DNA from: an uncultured Chloroflexia bacterium
GTDB lineage: Bacteria; Chloroflexota; Limnocylindria; Limnocylindrales; CSP1-4
Assembly: GCA_963767945.1 (NCBI GenBank)
Contig: CAVYGH010000011.1
Location: 23,679-87,678, forward strand
DNA length: 64,000 nucleotides
Reading direction: 5' to 3'
This document shows, in pieces, positions 27,463 through 40,269 of this stretch. The notes under the pieces were generated by a model. The model was not told the DNA's origin and made no database searches. It worked only from the letters and a program-made list of their open reading frames with translations. The position numbers were made by a program, and so were the translations under genes. Positions within the stretch are counted from its first letter, which is position 1; each line of letters starts with the position of its first letter.

Positions 27463-28902
27463 ATGGCGGCGGTGGCGGCCACCGGCGGCACGACTGCGCC
27501 GATGAGCACGGAGCTCCTCGTCCGGGGCGGGACCGTCGTGACCGTCGCGGGCGCACGGATGGCGGACGTCGCCGTCGAAGACGGCCGGATCGCGGCCGTC
27601 GAGCCGGACCTCGGGGCGCTCGCGGCGTCGGCCGGCGAGGTGATCGACGCCACGGGCCTGATCGTCCTGCCGGGCGTCATCGACGTCCACACGCACACCC
27701 GCGTCGGGTCGGACGAGGCGCCCGACCGGTTCTTCCAGGACTCGGTGGCCGCGGCCTTCGGCGGCACCACGACGTTCCTCTCGTTCAACAACCCCGGCAC
27801 GGGCTCGTCGGCGGCCGCGACGCGGTCCCTGCGGACGGGACTGCGCGAGTGGCTGACGGCGACGGCCGGCGATTCGGCGGTCGACGTGGCCCTGAGCGCC
27901 GTCATCTCCGCGTCCCACGCGGACGCGGTCGCCGAGATCCCGCACCTCGTCGACGCGGGCGTGCCCACGTTCAAGGCGTTCATGGTCTACGACTTCGGCG
28001 TCGACGACGCGACGCTGCTCGCGCTGCTCGGCGCCGCGGCGGACGCGGGCGGGATGCTCGAGGTCCACTGCGAGAACCGGACCATCCTCGAGGCGCTCAC
28101 GGCTCGCCACCTGGCCGCCGGCGAGACCGGGCCGGCGTTCCACGCGACCTCGCGGCCGCCGTACGTCGAGGCCGAGGCGACGCGACGGGCGATCGCGCTG
28201 GCCGAGGCCGCGGAGGCGCCGCTGTACGTCGTCCACCTCTCCTCGGCCGCCGCGCTCGCGGAGGTGCGCGCGGCGCGCGCCGCCGGCCGGCCCGTGTTCG
28301 CCGAGACCTGCCCCCACTACCTGACGCTGACCGACGATCGCTACGCGCTGCCGCCCGAGGAGGCGGCGCGCTACGTGATCTCGCCGCCGCTCCGCCCGGC
28401 CGGCAATCCCGACGCGCTCTGGGACGGGCTGGCCGACGGCTCGCTCGCGCTCGTCGCCACCGATCACGTGCCGGACCGCGCCGCCGTCGAGAAGCAGAGC
28501 TGGCGTGAGTCGTTCGACCGGATCTCGAACGGCGGACCGGGGATCGAGACGCTGCTCGCGATGGCCTGGGAGGGCGGCGTCGCGGCCGGACGGCTCACCG
28601 CGGAGCGACTCGTGGACGTCCTGTCGACGACGCCCGCGCGCCTGTTCGGGATGCCCATGAAGGGCGCGATCGAGGTCGGGCGCGACGCGGACCTCGTGCT
28701 GTTCGATCCCGGAGCCAGGCGCACCGTGCGCGCGGCGGACCTCCACCACACCAGCGACTACACGCCCTACGAGGGCCGGGAGGTGCGCGGCGCCGTGCGC
28801 TCGACGATCGTCCGCGGCGTGTTCGTCGTCCGCGACGGCGCGTTCGTGGGGCGCCGGGGCTACGGGCGGTTCGTCGAGCGGCGCCTGGAGCCGATGCGCT
28901 GA
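27463..28902 (+). CDS. Cyclic amidohydrolase (dihydropyrimidinase/hydantoinase/allantoinase family)
   Basis: 'LLVRGGTVV', 'GVIDVHTH', 'TFKAFMVY' (carbamylated-Lys motif), 'LEVHCEN', 'YVVHLSS', 'ATDHVP' are present. The start is 27463 or 27502. Confidence 0.85.
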   Translation: MAAVAATGGTTAPMSTELLVRGGTVVTVAGARMADVAVEDGRIAAVEPDLGALAASAGEVIDATGLIVLPGVIDVHTHTRVGSDEAPDRFFQDSVAAAFGGTTTFLSFNNPGTGSSAAATRSLRTGLREWLTATAGDSAVDVALSAVISASHADAVAEIPHLVDAGVPTFKAFMVYDFGVDDATLLALLGAAADAGGMLEVHCENRTILEALTARHLAAGETGPAFHATSRPPYVEAEATRRAIALAEAAEAPLYVVHLSSAAALAEVRAARAAGRPVFAETCPHYLTLTDDRYALPPEEAARYVISPPLRPAGNPDALWDGLADGSLALVATDHVPDRAAVEKQSWRESFDRISNGGPGIETLLAMAWEGGVAAGRLTAERLVDVLSTTPARLFGMPMKGAIEVGRDADLVLFDPGARRTVRAADLHHTSDYTPYEGREVRGAVRSTIVRGVFVVRDGAFVGRRGYGRFVERRLEPMR

Positions 28903-30474
28903 TCAGTCGAGGTGCCGGTACGCCTCGAGGGTCAGGAACTCGGGGAAGTCGTCGCTGAGCACGAGGCCGTCGAGGAGGCCCGCCGCCTCGGCGACGCGCC
29001 CGGTCTCGCGGCCGATCCGCTCCAGCTCCTCGTCCCGGATCCGGGCGTAGCGGGCGTCGTCGAACGGCCCGCCGTCGTCGAGCGGCGTCCCGTGGCGCCG
29101 CCACTGCCAGAGCTGGGAGCGGCTGATCTCGGCCGTCGCCGCGTCCTCCATCAGATTGTCGATCGCCGCCGCGCCGTTGCCCCGCAGCCAGGCGTCGAGG
29201 TAGCGCAGCGTGACGCTCACGTCCTGGCGGGCGCCGGCCTCGGTCGTTCGACCGCCCGGCACGACGATGTCGAGCAGCGCGGATGCCGGCACGGACGGAT
29301 CCCCCGGGGCCGACTTCTGGTTCGGGCGGTCGCCAAGCACGCGGTCGAACTCGGCCATCGCGACCGGCACCAGGTCCGGGTGCGCGACCCAGGTGCCGTC
29401 GAATCCGTCGCCCGATTCGCGATCCTTGTCCTCCCTAACCTTCGCCAGCGCGTTGGCCGTGACCTCGGGCTCGCGCCGGTTCGGGATGAACGCGGACATG
29501 CCGCCGATCGCGTGCGCGCCGCGCCGGTGGCAGGTCGCGACGAGCAGCCGCGTGTAGGCGCGCATGAACGGCACGGCCATCGTCACCTGCCCGCGATCCG
29601 GGAGCACCATCGCCGGGTCATCGCGGAAGCGCTTGATCAGCGTGAAGATGTAGTCCCAGCGGCCGGCGTTGAGGCCGGCCGCGTGCTCGCGGAGCTCGTA
29701 CAGGATCTCGTCCATCTCGAACGCCGCGAGGATCGTCTCGATCAGCACGGTCGCCCGGACGGACCCACGCGGGACGCCGACGGCGGCCTGGGCGTGGACG
29801 AAGACGTCGTTCCACAGCCGCGCCTCGAGATGGCTCTCCAGCTTGGGCAGGTAGAGATACGGGCCGGACCCGCGGGCGAGCGCCTCGGCGGCGTCGTGGA
29901 ACAGGAACAGCCCGGCGTCGAACAGGCTCGCCGACATCGGGCGCCCGTCCACCAGCACGTGGCGTTCCTCCAGGTGCCAGCCGCGCGGCCGGACCACGAG
30001 CGTCGCCGTCGCGTCGTTGAGCCGGTACGCCTTCTCCGCCGTGTCGAGCGCGAGCGTGCGGCGCACCGCGTCCGCGATCGCCACCTGCCCGCCGATGACG
30101 TTCGCCCAGGTGGGGCTGAGCGCGTCCTCGAGGTCGGCCATGAACACCCGCGCGCCCGAGTTGAGCGCGTTGATCATCATCTTGGTCTCGGCCGGGCCGG
30201 TGATCTCGACCCGCCGGTCCTCGAGGTCGGCAGGCGCGCTCGCCACCCGCCAGTCCGCGGCTCGGACGTCCGCCGTCTCCGGGAGGAAGCCCGGGCGCTC
30301 GCCGGCGGAGATGTTCGCGTGGCGTTCCGCGCGGCGGGCGAGCAACGCCGCCCGCTCCGGCCCGAATCGGCGCTGGAGGTCGGCGAGGAACGCCAGCGCG
30401 TCCGGCGTGAGGATGCGGTCGAGACCCGGGACGGCCGGGCCGGCGACCTCGACCCCCGGGATGGGCGCGGTCAC
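28903..30474 (-). CDS. aceB: Malate synthase A
   Basis: GTG 30474 overlaps the uricase stop (GTGA). The 523-aa protein has 'VEITGP', '[17 protein letters not shown]', 'YLYLPKLE', '[11 protein letters not shown]', 'GTWVAHP'. Confidence 0.9.
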   Translation of the reverse strand: MTAPIPGVEVAGPAVPGLDRILTPDALAFLADLQRRFGPERAALLARRAERHANISAGERPGFLPETADVRAADWRVASAPADLEDRRVEITGPAETKMMINALNSGARVFMADLEDALSPTWANVIGGQVAIADAVRRTLALDTAEKAYRLNDATATLVVRPRGWHLEERHVLVDGRPMSASLFDAGLFLFHDAAEALARGSGPYLYLPKLESHLEARLWNDVFVHAQAAVGVPRGSVRATVLIETILAAFEMDEILYELREHAAGLNAGRWDYIFTLIKRFRDDPAMVLPDRGQVTMAVPFMRAYTRLLVATCHRRGAHAIGGMSAFIPNRREPEVTANALAKVREDKDRESGDGFDGTWVAHPDLVPVAMAEFDRVLGDRPNQKSAPGDPSVPASALLDIVVPGGRTTEAGARQDVSVTLRYLDAWLRGNGAAAIDNLMEDAATAEISRSQLWQWRRHGTPLDDGGPFDDARYARIRDEELERIGRETGRVAEAAGLLDGLVLSDDFPEFLTLEAYRHLD

Positions 30475-31322
30475 GGCGCCGGCGTCCCGCGGCGCACCGT
30501 CGCCTCGATCAGCCCGTGCGGGTCCACGGTCGCGACGAAGATCTCGCCCCGATTGGTGCCGCCGAGCGGCGTCAGGTCGACGGTCCAGTGGTGCAGGTTG
30601 GGCAGGGACATGGTGACCTCGTCGATCTCGGGGTGGCGCTCCAGCATCGCCTTGCCCAGCAGCCAGATCGAATGCTGCACGGACTCGCTGTGGTGGTCGG
30701 CGAAGACCTCCAGCAGGGTCGCGAGGACGCCCGCGTGGCTCGCGTCCCAGTCGGCGGTCTCGCCGCCATGGCGCCAGGACGCCGTCACCTTCGTCGCCAT
30801 GATCCGGTCCGAGGCGTCGCCGAGCGTCGTGTACCGGTCGCGCGGGAAGCCGGCGAACGCCGACCTGCCGGTCTTCATGACCACGAGGTCCGTCACGCCG
30901 GACTCGACCGTGGCCCCGCCGTCGCCGGCCACGACGGTCGCGGTCCGCGTCGAGGCCCCGGCTCGCCGGAACGCGTCGGGCGCCGGCCCGGCGGCGCCCG
31001 CGAGGCGTTCCCACCCGTGCTCGACGATGGCGACGGTGGCGGCCGAGACCTGGGACGACCCCTGGAAGTGCCGGGCGAGGACCAGCCCGAACGCCTCGAT
31101 CGGCCCCGTGAGGTGCTGGGGCGCGAACGCGTACACGGTGTTCTTCATCGTGTCCGTCGCGATGACCTGCGAGTTGTCGCCGTCCGTATACGAGCCGGCG
31201 AAGTCGCCCGCGAGCGCGATGTCCACGGTCAGGTCGCGGAGCTCGTGGCGGTCGGTCCGCTTGTCGACCTTGACGAGGCGGATCGCCGACTTGCCATAGC
31301 GGTTGGCGCCGATCTCGCTCAC
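30471..31322 (-). CDS. Urate oxidase (cofactor-independent uricase)
   Basis: The start is GTG 31322 with GGAGGA 6 nt upstream, overlapping the upstream stop (GTGA). '[11 protein letters not shown]', '[12 protein letters not shown]', 'SLPNLHH' are uricase signatures. Confidence 0.9.
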   Translation of the reverse strand: MSEIGANRYGKSAIRLVKVDKRTDRHELRDLTVDIALAGDFAGSYTDGDNSQVIATDTMKNTVYAFAPQHLTGPIEAFGLVLARHFQGSSQVSAATVAIVEHGWERLAGAAGPAPDAFRRAGASTRTATVVAGDGGATVESGVTDLVVMKTGRSAFAGFPRDRYTTLGDASDRIMATKVTASWRHGGETADWDASHAGVLATLLEVFADHHSESVQHSIWLLGKAMLERHPEIDEVTMSLPNLHHWTVDLTPLGGTNRGEIFVATVDPHGLIEATVRRGTPAP

Positions 31323-32161
31323 GAGGCGTCCTCCAGGATGCGCCGCAGGATCCGGCCGGAGACCTCGAGCCGGTAGGCGCCGGTGGACCGGACGTCGTCG
31401 ATCGGGTGGAGCTCGCCACGCAGGGCCTCGACCGACGCGTCGATGGCGGCCGGCGTGGCCGGGGCGCCCTCGAGCGCGGCCTCGGCCGCCCGGGCCCGGA
31501 TCGGCGTCGCGGCCACCGAGCCGAAGGCGATCCGGACGTCGCGCCAGGCCGGATCGCGACGCCACGAGGCGGCGATCACGACCTTCGAGATCGCCTGCGC
31601 CCGGCGCGTGCCCACCTTGCGGAAGGCCTGGCGGCGACCGTCCACGATCGGGATCCGCACGCGGAGCAGCAGCTCTCCGTCCCGGAGCGCGGTCCGGCGA
31701 TAGGCCGGCCAGAAGTCCGCAGCGGGGATCGAGCGCTCGCCCGCGGGACCGCCCACGACCAGCGTCGCGTCGAGGGCGAGCAGCACCGGCAGCGTGTCGC
31801 CGGCCGGCGAGGCGTTCATCACGTTGCCCCCGATCGTGCCCCGGTTCTGGATCTGCGCCGCCCCGATGGTCGCCGCGGCCGCGACCAGCGCGGGCACGTG
31901 CGTCGCGCATTCGTCCGAGCGCCGGACCTGGGTGTACGTCGTGAGCGCGCCGAGCTCCAGGATCCCGCCGACGACGCGGATGCCGTGCAGCTCGTCGACC
32001 CGCCACAGGTCGATCACCCGTTCCGGTGCGGGCCCGAGCTCGCCGGTGAGCTGGACCAGCAGGTCCGTGCCGCCCGCGACGGGCCGGTGCGGCGCGCCGG
32101 CCAGCATCGCGTAGGCCTCCGCGAGGGTGCGGGGCGAGACCACCGGCGGCTCGACGGGCAT
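31319..32161 (-). CDS. Xanthine dehydrogenase family FAD-binding subunit
   Basis: '[10 protein letters not shown]', '[19 protein letters not shown]' and the C-terminal CO-dehydrogenase flavoprotein-like '[10 protein letters not shown]' are present. Confidence 0.85.
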   Translation of the reverse strand: MPVEPPVVSPRTLAEAYAMLAGAPHRPVAGGTDLLVQLTGELGPAPERVIDLWRVDELHGIRVVGGILELGALTTYTQVRRSDECATHVPALVAAAATIGAAQIQNRGTIGGNVMNASPAGDTLPVLLALDATLVVGGPAGERSIPAADFWPAYRRTALRDGELLLRVRIPIVDGRRQAFRKVGTRRAQAISKVVIAASWRRDPAWRDVRIAFGSVAATPIRARAAEAALEGAPATPAAIDASVEALRGELHPIDDVRSTGAYRLEVSGRILRRILEDAS

Positions 32162-32174
32162 CGGCGGCCCTCCG

Positions 32175-32656
32175 TCAGCTCGCGCCGGCGCGGCGCCGGA
32201 CGGCCGCCAGCTGGATCGAGTCCACGATCTTCGTGTAGCCGGTGCAACGGCACAGGTTGCCGGCGATGGCCTCGCGGATCGCCACGTCGGTGGGCTCGGC
32301 GCCGCTGGCGAGGAACGCCTCGGCGGCCATGAGCATGCCCGGCGTGCAGATCCCGCATTGCGCGCCGCCGGCGACGAGGAACGCGTCCTGGAGGTCGCTC
32401 AACGGGCCGGGCTCGCCGCCCACGCCCGACAGGCCCTCCACCGTGCGGACCACGGAGCCGTCCACCTGGCACACGGGAACGAGGCAGCTGACGACGGCCT
32501 CGCCGTCGACGAGCACCGTGCACGCCCCGCACTCGCCCTCGCCGCAGCCCTCCTTGGTCCCCGTCAGCCCGAGGTCCTCGCGGAGCACGTCCAGCAGGCG
32601 CCGCATCCCGGGCACGCCGACCTCCGCCGGCTCGCCGTTGACGATGAGGCGATAGG

Positions 32657-32660
<4 letters not shown>
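32175..32660 (-). CDS. Xanthine dehydrogenase family (2Fe-2S)-binding small subunit
   Basis: ATG 32660 overlaps the large-subunit stop. 'GCGEGECGACTVLVDG' and 'QCGICTPGM...NLCRCTGY' are present. Confidence 0.9.
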
Positions 32661-34948
<2,288 letters not shown>

Positions 34949-35003
34949 GGGGTGGGCGCCTCCGTGGATATCGGCGAAGCGTGGAGTTTGGCGGCGCCGA
35001 GTG

Positions 35004-36610
35004 TCAAGCCGCCGCGGCCCGTCCCCGGCGAAGCGCGATCCCCGGCGTCGCGCCGGTGTGCTCACCCGCCTCGACGACGACCGTCCCGTTGACGATCACC
35101 CACGGGATCCCCACGGGGAACCGGCGCGGCTCGTCGTAGGTGGCCGGCGTGCGCGACGGTCGCCGGATCGAACAGGACGAGGTCGGCGGCGAGGCCGTCG
35201 GCGAGGCGGCCGCGATCACGCAGCCCGAGGCGATCCGCGGGCGCCGACGTCATCTTGCGCACGGCCTCCTCGAGGGTCGTGAGCCGCTGCTCTCGCACGA
35301 ACTCGCCGAGGATCCGAGGGTACGTCCCGTAGGTCCGCGGCGACGGCTTGTCGCCGATCAGCACGCCGTCGGTCCCCACCATCCCCACGGGGTGGCGCCA
35401 GAACCGTTCGATGCCCGGTCGGTGCGGCCCGGGCGTGACCTGGTTCACGCGCAGGTCCTCGGCGAGGAGCAGGTCGCAGATCGCGTCGACCGGGTCGCCG
35501 CCGACCTCGTCGCAGTAGTCCCCGAGGGTCCGTCCCTCCCATCGCGCGTGCTCGGGGCGGACGAACGCCCCGAGCCGGACCTCGGCGAACGCCCGCCTGC
35601 CCGCGAACCGGACGGCGCGCTCGCCCATCTCGACCCGGATCCGATCGCGCACCGCGCGGTCGGCGAGGCGCTCCTTGAGCCGGCGCACGCCGCCCGCCTG
35701 GACCCACGTCGGCAGCATGATCAGCAGCCGCGTGCTCGACCACTCGTGGACGTAGTGGTCGAACGTGACGTCGAGGCCCTCGGCCCGGGCGTCGTCGATC
35801 AGCTGCAGCATCTCGTCCGGGGTGCCCGGGAACGTCGCCCGGTGGTAGAAGTGGGTGATGTGGACCGGTGCGCCTCCGAGGCGACCGATCTGGATCGCCT
35901 CCCGGAACGGGTCGAGGAACCCGTCGCCCAGCGGATAGCGGACGTGGGTGTGGTAGATGCCGCCGAGCCTGGCGGCCTCGCCCATGAGCTCGCCCAGCTC
36001 CGCGGTGGTCGCGTAGGCGCCGGGTGGATAGTCGAGCCCGCTCGACAGGCCGAACGCGCCCTCCTCCATCGCCTCCCGGAGGATCGCCCGCTGGTTGGCC
36101 ATCGCCCGGGCGTCCGCATCGACCTCGTCCCAGCCGAGGCACGCGATCCGGATCGGGCTGTTGCCGACCACGTAGGCGACGTTGACCGAGGTCGCGCGGT
36201 CGTACCGGGCGAGGTACTCGGCGACGGTCGACCAGTCGTAGGCGATGTCCGGCCGGCCATCGAGGCCGCCGTTGAGGACGACGAAGTCCTCGAGGTCCTC
36301 GCGACGCGGGTACGGGGCGTAGGAGTTGCCGTCGACGCCGATGAGCTCCGTCGTGACGCCCTGGCGGACCTTCGGCTCGTGGCGCGGATCCGCGAGCATC
36401 ACGAGGCCGCCGTGGCTGTGGAGGTCGATGAACCCGGGCGCGACGACCAGCCCCGACGCGTCGATCGTGCGAGCCGCGACGACCTCGACGTCGTCGGGCG
36501 GCAGCGCCAGGCGGTCGCCCGTCACGGCCACCCGACCGGGCCTGCCCGGCGCGCCGGTCCCGTCGACCAGCGTGCCGCCGGTGATGACGAGGTCGGCCGG
36601 CGAGCGTCAT
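35004..36610 (-). pseudogene. N-acyl-D-amino-acid deacylase (D-aminoacylase) family amidohydrolase with two apparent frame disruptions
   Basis: The main ORF 35062..36531 has 'APGFIDLHSHG', 'IYHTHVRY' and 'VHITHFYH'. The canonical N-terminus 'ADLVITGGTLVDGTG' extends in-frame to 36606 with no start. An ATGA-coupled ATG at 36610 is 1 nt out of frame. The canonical C-terminus 'ATYDEPRRFPVGIPWVIVNGTVVVEAGEHTG' lies in ORF 35004..35219, a different frame. Confidence 0.7.
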
Positions 36611-37971
36611 GCGACGGCGATGCCCGGCGGCCCGTCCAGGCGCCGGCCGCGCACCCAGGCGGCTCGGACCATCTCGCTGTGCGGCCGGAAGGCCAGCCGG
36701 GACATGACCTCCTCGGCGTCGTCGGAGTCGATGCCGGGCACGGGCGCGACCAGCCGCGGATCGACGGCGATCAGGTCGGCCTCCTTGCCGGGCTCGAGCG
36801 AGCCGATCGCGTCCTGCTGCCCGAGCGCCCGCGCGCCCTCGTAGGTGCCCATCCGGAGCCAGTCGAGGGGGCCCAGCGGCGCGGCGGCGTCGGCCGGCTC
36901 GCCGCGCTCGTCGGCGAGCACGCGCAGCCCGCTCTGGATGTAGGCCCCGGCGCGCATGTTGGCGAAGATCGACAGCTCGGGGCCGGCGGACACGTCGGAG
37001 CCCAGGCCGACGCGGATGCCCGCGGCCCGGTAGCGCGCCAGCGGCATCGCGCCCGAGGCGAGGAACAGGTTGGAGGCCGGGCAGTGCGCGATCGCCGAGT
37101 CGGTCTCGGCGACGCGGGCGATCTCGCGCGGCGACAGGTGGATCGCGTGGGCGAGGATCGTGCGTGGCCCGAGGCCGCCGGCGCGGTCGTAGACGTCGAG
37201 GTAGTCGATGGCGTCGGGGAAGGCCGCGGCGACCTCGCGGATCTCGTTGCGGTCCTCGGCCACGTGGGTCTGCCAGTAGGCGCCGGTCTGCTCGGCCAGC
37301 TCCGCCGACCGGCGGAGCATGTCCGGCCCGCACGAGAGGGCGAACCGGGGCGTGAACGCGTACCGGAGCCGGCCGTCGTCCCGCAGGTGCCAGCGGGCGC
37401 ACAGGTCGGCCGACTGGCGGAGGCTCGTCTCGAGGACGCGGGCCGACGAGAGGGTGTCGTCGTAGCTGCCTCGATCCATCATCACCTTGCCGATCACGGC
37501 GCGGATCCCGTGCGCCTCCGCGGCCCGGAACGCGGCATCGAGCGACGACTCGAACACCGCCCCGTACATCACGGCGGTGGTCGTGCCGGCGGCCGCGAAC
37601 GCCCGGAAGGCGAGCGGCGCCAGGCGCTCGGCGGCCGCCTCGTCGAACGCCCGCTCGAGCGGGAAGATGTAGCGCTGCAGCCAGGTGAGCAGGTCGAGCC
37701 CGGCACCGACCCCCGCGTTGGGCAGCTGCGGGAGGTGGACGTGCAGGTCGATCATCCCGGGCAGCAGGACCAGCGGCCGGAGATCGACGGCGGCGACCGG
37801 CCCGCCGCCTGCGGCCTCGGCGTCCGTCCACGGCCCGACCGCCGCGATCCGCCCGGCCGCGTCAACGTCGATGCGGCCGTCGGCCTCGTAGCGCGTCCCG
37901 CCCGCGGCCAGCGGCGTCAGGACGCGGGCGCGCAGCACGAAGGGCGGGCGGTCGGGGAGCGTCACGGCCAT
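36607..37971 (-). CDS. guaD: Guanine deaminase
   Basis: The start is set at ATG 37971 ('MAVTLPDRPPFVLRARVL'). 'PGMIDLHVHLPQ', 'WQTHVAED', 'HAIHLS', 'HCPASN' and 'GLGSDV' are present. Confidence 0.85.
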   Translation of the reverse strand: MAVTLPDRPPFVLRARVLTPLAAGGTRYEADGRIDVDAAGRIAAVGPWTDAEAAGGGPVAAVDLRPLVLLPGMIDLHVHLPQLPNAGVGAGLDLLTWLQRYIFPLERAFDEAAAERLAPLAFRAFAAAGTTTAVMYGAVFESSLDAAFRAAEAHGIRAVIGKVMMDRGSYDDTLSSARVLETSLRQSADLCARWHLRDDGRLRYAFTPRFALSCGPDMLRRSAELAEQTGAYWQTHVAEDRNEIREVAAAFPDAIDYLDVYDRAGGLGPRTILAHAIHLSPREIARVAETDSAIAHCPASNLFLASGAMPLARYRAAGIRVGLGSDVSAGPELSIFANMRAGAYIQSGLRVLADERGEPADAAAPLGPLDWLRMGTYEGARALGQQDAIGSLEPGKEADLIAVDPRLVAPVPGIDSDDAEEVMSRLAFRPHSEMVRAAWVRGRRLDGPPGIAVA

Positions 37972-37978
37972 CGCGCGG

Positions 37979-38629
37979 ATGCTACATGCGCGGCCGACGA
38001 CGATCCGGTCGCACAATGCAGGCGTGGACACCGAGTTCGACCACCTGGTGACCGAGCGGCTCGTCATCCGCCGGTTCACGGCCGCGGACGCCAGGGCGTT
38101 CGCGCGGTACCGGTCGATGCCGGAGGTCGCGCGCTATCAGTCGTGGGAGGCGCCGTACTCGATCGAGCGGGCGAAGGCCTTCGTCGAGTGGATGGCCTCG
38201 CACCACCCGGACGAGCCCGGCGAGTGGTACCAGCTCGCGGTCGCGACGCGGGACGACCCGACCACGCTCATCGGGGACTGCGCGTTCATGGCCCGGGCGG
38301 CGGAGCCCGTCATCGTGGACATCGGCTACACCTTCGATCCGGCGTGCCAGGGCCGTGGCTACGCGACGGAGGCCGCCGGTGAGCTCGTCCGCTACCTGTT
38401 CGCGGATCGCGGCAAGCACAAGGTCACCGCGGACTGCGACACCAGGAACGAGGGCTCCTGGCGGCTCCTCGAGCGACTGGGCTTCACCCGCGAGGCCTGG
38501 TTCAAGGCGGCCGACCGGGACGGCGACGGCTGGGCCGACGCCTACGTCTACGGATTGCTCGCCGACGAGTGGAGCGAACGGTCTACAGTGAACGCGAACC
38601 CATCGAATCGGACCGGGAGCACGACATGA
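37979..38629 (+). CDS. GNAT family N-acetyltransferase (RimJ/RimL-like)
   Basis: 'TERLVIRRFTAADA', 'QGRGYATEA' and 'NEGSWRLLERLGFTRE' are present. An alternative start is GTG 38024. Confidence 0.8.
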   Translation: MLHARPTTIRSHNAGVDTEFDHLVTERLVIRRFTAADARAFARYRSMPEVARYQSWEAPYSIERAKAFVEWMASHHPDEPGEWYQLAVATRDDPTTLIGDCAFMARAAEPVIVDIGYTFDPACQGRGYATEAAGELVRYLFADRGKHKVTADCDTRNEGSWRLLERLGFTREAWFKAADRDGDGWADAYVYGLLADEWSERSTVNANPSNRTGSTT

Positions 38630-39114
38630 GCCGGATCGTCGTCATCAGCTTCGACACCGAGGACCAGGCCCGACAGGCGCTGGCCACCCTGCGCGGGGTC
38701 GAGAAGCAGGGTGGGATCCACTTCGAGGACACCGCCGTCGTCACCCACAAGGCGGACGGCTCGTTCGACGTCAAGAACGAGGCCAGCAGCGCGACCGAGG
38801 CCGGCGCGGTCGTCGGCGGCCTGATCGGCGGCCTGCTGTTCGTGGTCTTCCCCATTGCCGGGATCGCCATTGGCGCGGCCGCCGGCGCGGGCATCGGGGC
38901 GGCCATGGGCCAGGGCGTTCCCGGCGACTTCGTCAAGGAGGTCGAGGCCAAGCTCCCCTCGGGCAAGTCCGCGCTGTTCCTCGAGATCAAGGAGGCGAAC
39001 GCGGACATGGCGATCGCCGCGCTCCGCAAGTACCACGGCGAGGTGCTGCAGACCTCGCTCGACGAGGAGACCGAGGAGGCCCTGAAGGCCGCGCTCGCGA
39101 GTCCCGCGAGCTGA
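38626..39114 (+). CDS. DUF1269 family membrane protein
   Basis: ATG 38626 (GGGAG 6 nt upstream, ATGA overlap). 'IVVISFDTEDQARQAL', a Gly-rich TM segment 'GGLIGGLLFVVFPIAGIAIGAAAGAGIGA' and 'ALFLEIKEAN' are present. Confidence 0.7.
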   Translation: MSRIVVISFDTEDQARQALATLRGVEKQGGIHFEDTAVVTHKADGSFDVKNEASSATEAGAVVGGLIGGLLFVVFPIAGIAIGAAAGAGIGAAMGQGVPGDFVKEVEAKLPSGKSALFLEIKEANADMAIAALRKYHGEVLQTSLDEETEEALKAALASPAS

Positions 39115-39117
39115 CCC

Positions 39118-39564
39118 TCAGGCCTTGCGCGCCTGGGCCTCGACGGCCTGGGCCCTGCGCCGAGCCAGGATCCCGTAGGCCTCGTCGAGCAGGGGCTTGA
39201 CCACCGCCTCGAACGTCTCGTCGCTTGGGCTGAGCACGCTCAGCCAGTGCTGCCTGGCGTAGACCGGATGGGGCAGCAGGGTGTCGAGGGCCGCGTAGTC
39301 GACCTGGGCGCCCTCGCGGGCGGCGTCGCCGAGGACCCGATCGAAGGTCTTGCCCGTCACGCCGATGTTGAGGCGGAACACGTCCGGCCGACCGCTGAGG
39401 TTCGCGATCGATCCCTCGTCGAACTCGTCGGTCGTGACCAGGGTGGCGAAGTTCGGCCAGTGCTTCTCGGGGTCGATCGAGAAGAACGTGCCCCCGCCGG
39501 CCACGACGACGTCGGTGTCAGGGTACGTCTCGACGATGTAGCGGGTGATGTCTGCGTCGTTCAC
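39118..39564 (-). CDS. Hypothetical protein (DUF6194-like)
   Basis: The start is GTG 39564 with GGAGG 5 nt upstream. 'TFFSIDPEKHWPNFATLVTTDEFD...VFRLNIGV...PHPVYARQHW' resembles the DUF6194 family as recalled from memory. Confidence 0.5.
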   Translation of the reverse strand: MNDADITRYIVETYPDTDVVVAGGGTFFSIDPEKHWPNFATLVTTDEFDEGSIANLSGRPDVFRLNIGVTGKTFDRVLGDAAREGAQVDYAALDTLLPHPVYARQHWLSVLSPSDETFEAVVKPLLDEAYGILARRRAQAVEAQARKA

Positions 39565-39635
39565 GGATGCCTCCTCTGTCTCGTGATTCGAGGCTAAAAC
39601 ATGCATGTCAAGTGGTCCCCGTGGACAATGCCGGG

Positions 39636-40262
39636 ATGACGACGAGGCGAGTGGCCTGGCGGCGATCCGACGAGGTCGAGGCCGACGAGCACTGCACGCT
39701 GACCCGGCGCGACACGGGCCTCGCGCTGGTCGGCACCGTGCTGGGCTCCGAGGCCGGCGTCCCGGTCCGCATCGAGTACCGCGTGATGGCCGACGCCTCC
39801 GGGCACACGACCGCGGTCCACGTGCGCGACCTCCGCGGGTTCGAGCAACGGGCGATCGCGCTCGAGCGGGACGCGAAGGGCAACTGGCGGCTCGACGGCG
39901 TCGCGGCTCGATCGCTCCGCGGGTGCACGGACGTCGACCTCGGCTGCAGCCCGTCCACGAACACGCTGCCGATCCGCCGGCTCGGCCTCCGCGTCGGCGC
40001 GACGAAGACGATCCAGGCCGCGTGGGTCCGGTTCCCCGAGCTGACCGTCGTGAAGGCGGCGCAGACCTACACGCGGCTCGATGAGTCGACGTACCGCTAC
40101 GCGAGCGGCACGTTCGAGGCCGAGCTCACGGTCGACGACGAGGGCCTGGTCACGACGTACGCCGAGTGGCGGCGGACCGGGGTCGCCTTCGGGCCCGAGG
40201 GCAGCGAGCCGCTCGACGCGGACCGGACGGGGTCGATCGGGTCGTGGACGGGCGGGCGCTAG
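39636..40262 (+). CDS. Putative glycolipid-binding domain protein (DUF1089-like)
   Basis: ATG 39636. 'VAWRRSDEVEADEHCTL', 'DVDLGCSPSTNTLPIRRL' resemble the putative glycolipid-binding family. Confidence 0.55.
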   Translation: MTTRRVAWRRSDEVEADEHCTLTRRDTGLALVGTVLGSEAGVPVRIEYRVMADASGHTTAVHVRDLRGFEQRAIALERDAKGNWRLDGVAARSLRGCTDVDLGCSPSTNTLPIRRLGLRVGATKTIQAAWVRFPELTVVKAAQTYTRLDESTYRYASGTFEAELTVDDEGLVTTYAEWRRTGVAFGPEGSEPLDADRTGSIGSWTGGR

Positions 40263-40269
40263 GCGGCGC

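Noticed and set aside
34949-35065. ORF-track start (GTG 35065) for the XDH large subunit, and a TTGACA word at about 35000 as a promoter
   Set aside because: The first 39 codons are Arg-rich and overlap the restored C-terminus of the upstream amidohydrolase. No acceptable -10 follows the TTGACA at 16-18 nt. TTG 34948 with a GGAGG is preferred.
35140-38382. 1080-aa plus-strand ORF and 871-aa minus-strand ORF (35216..37831) across the amidohydrolase and guanine deaminase genes
   Set aside because: The translations are Arg/Gly/Pro-rich, and they overlap well-supported enzymes in other frames. These are GC-driven open frames.
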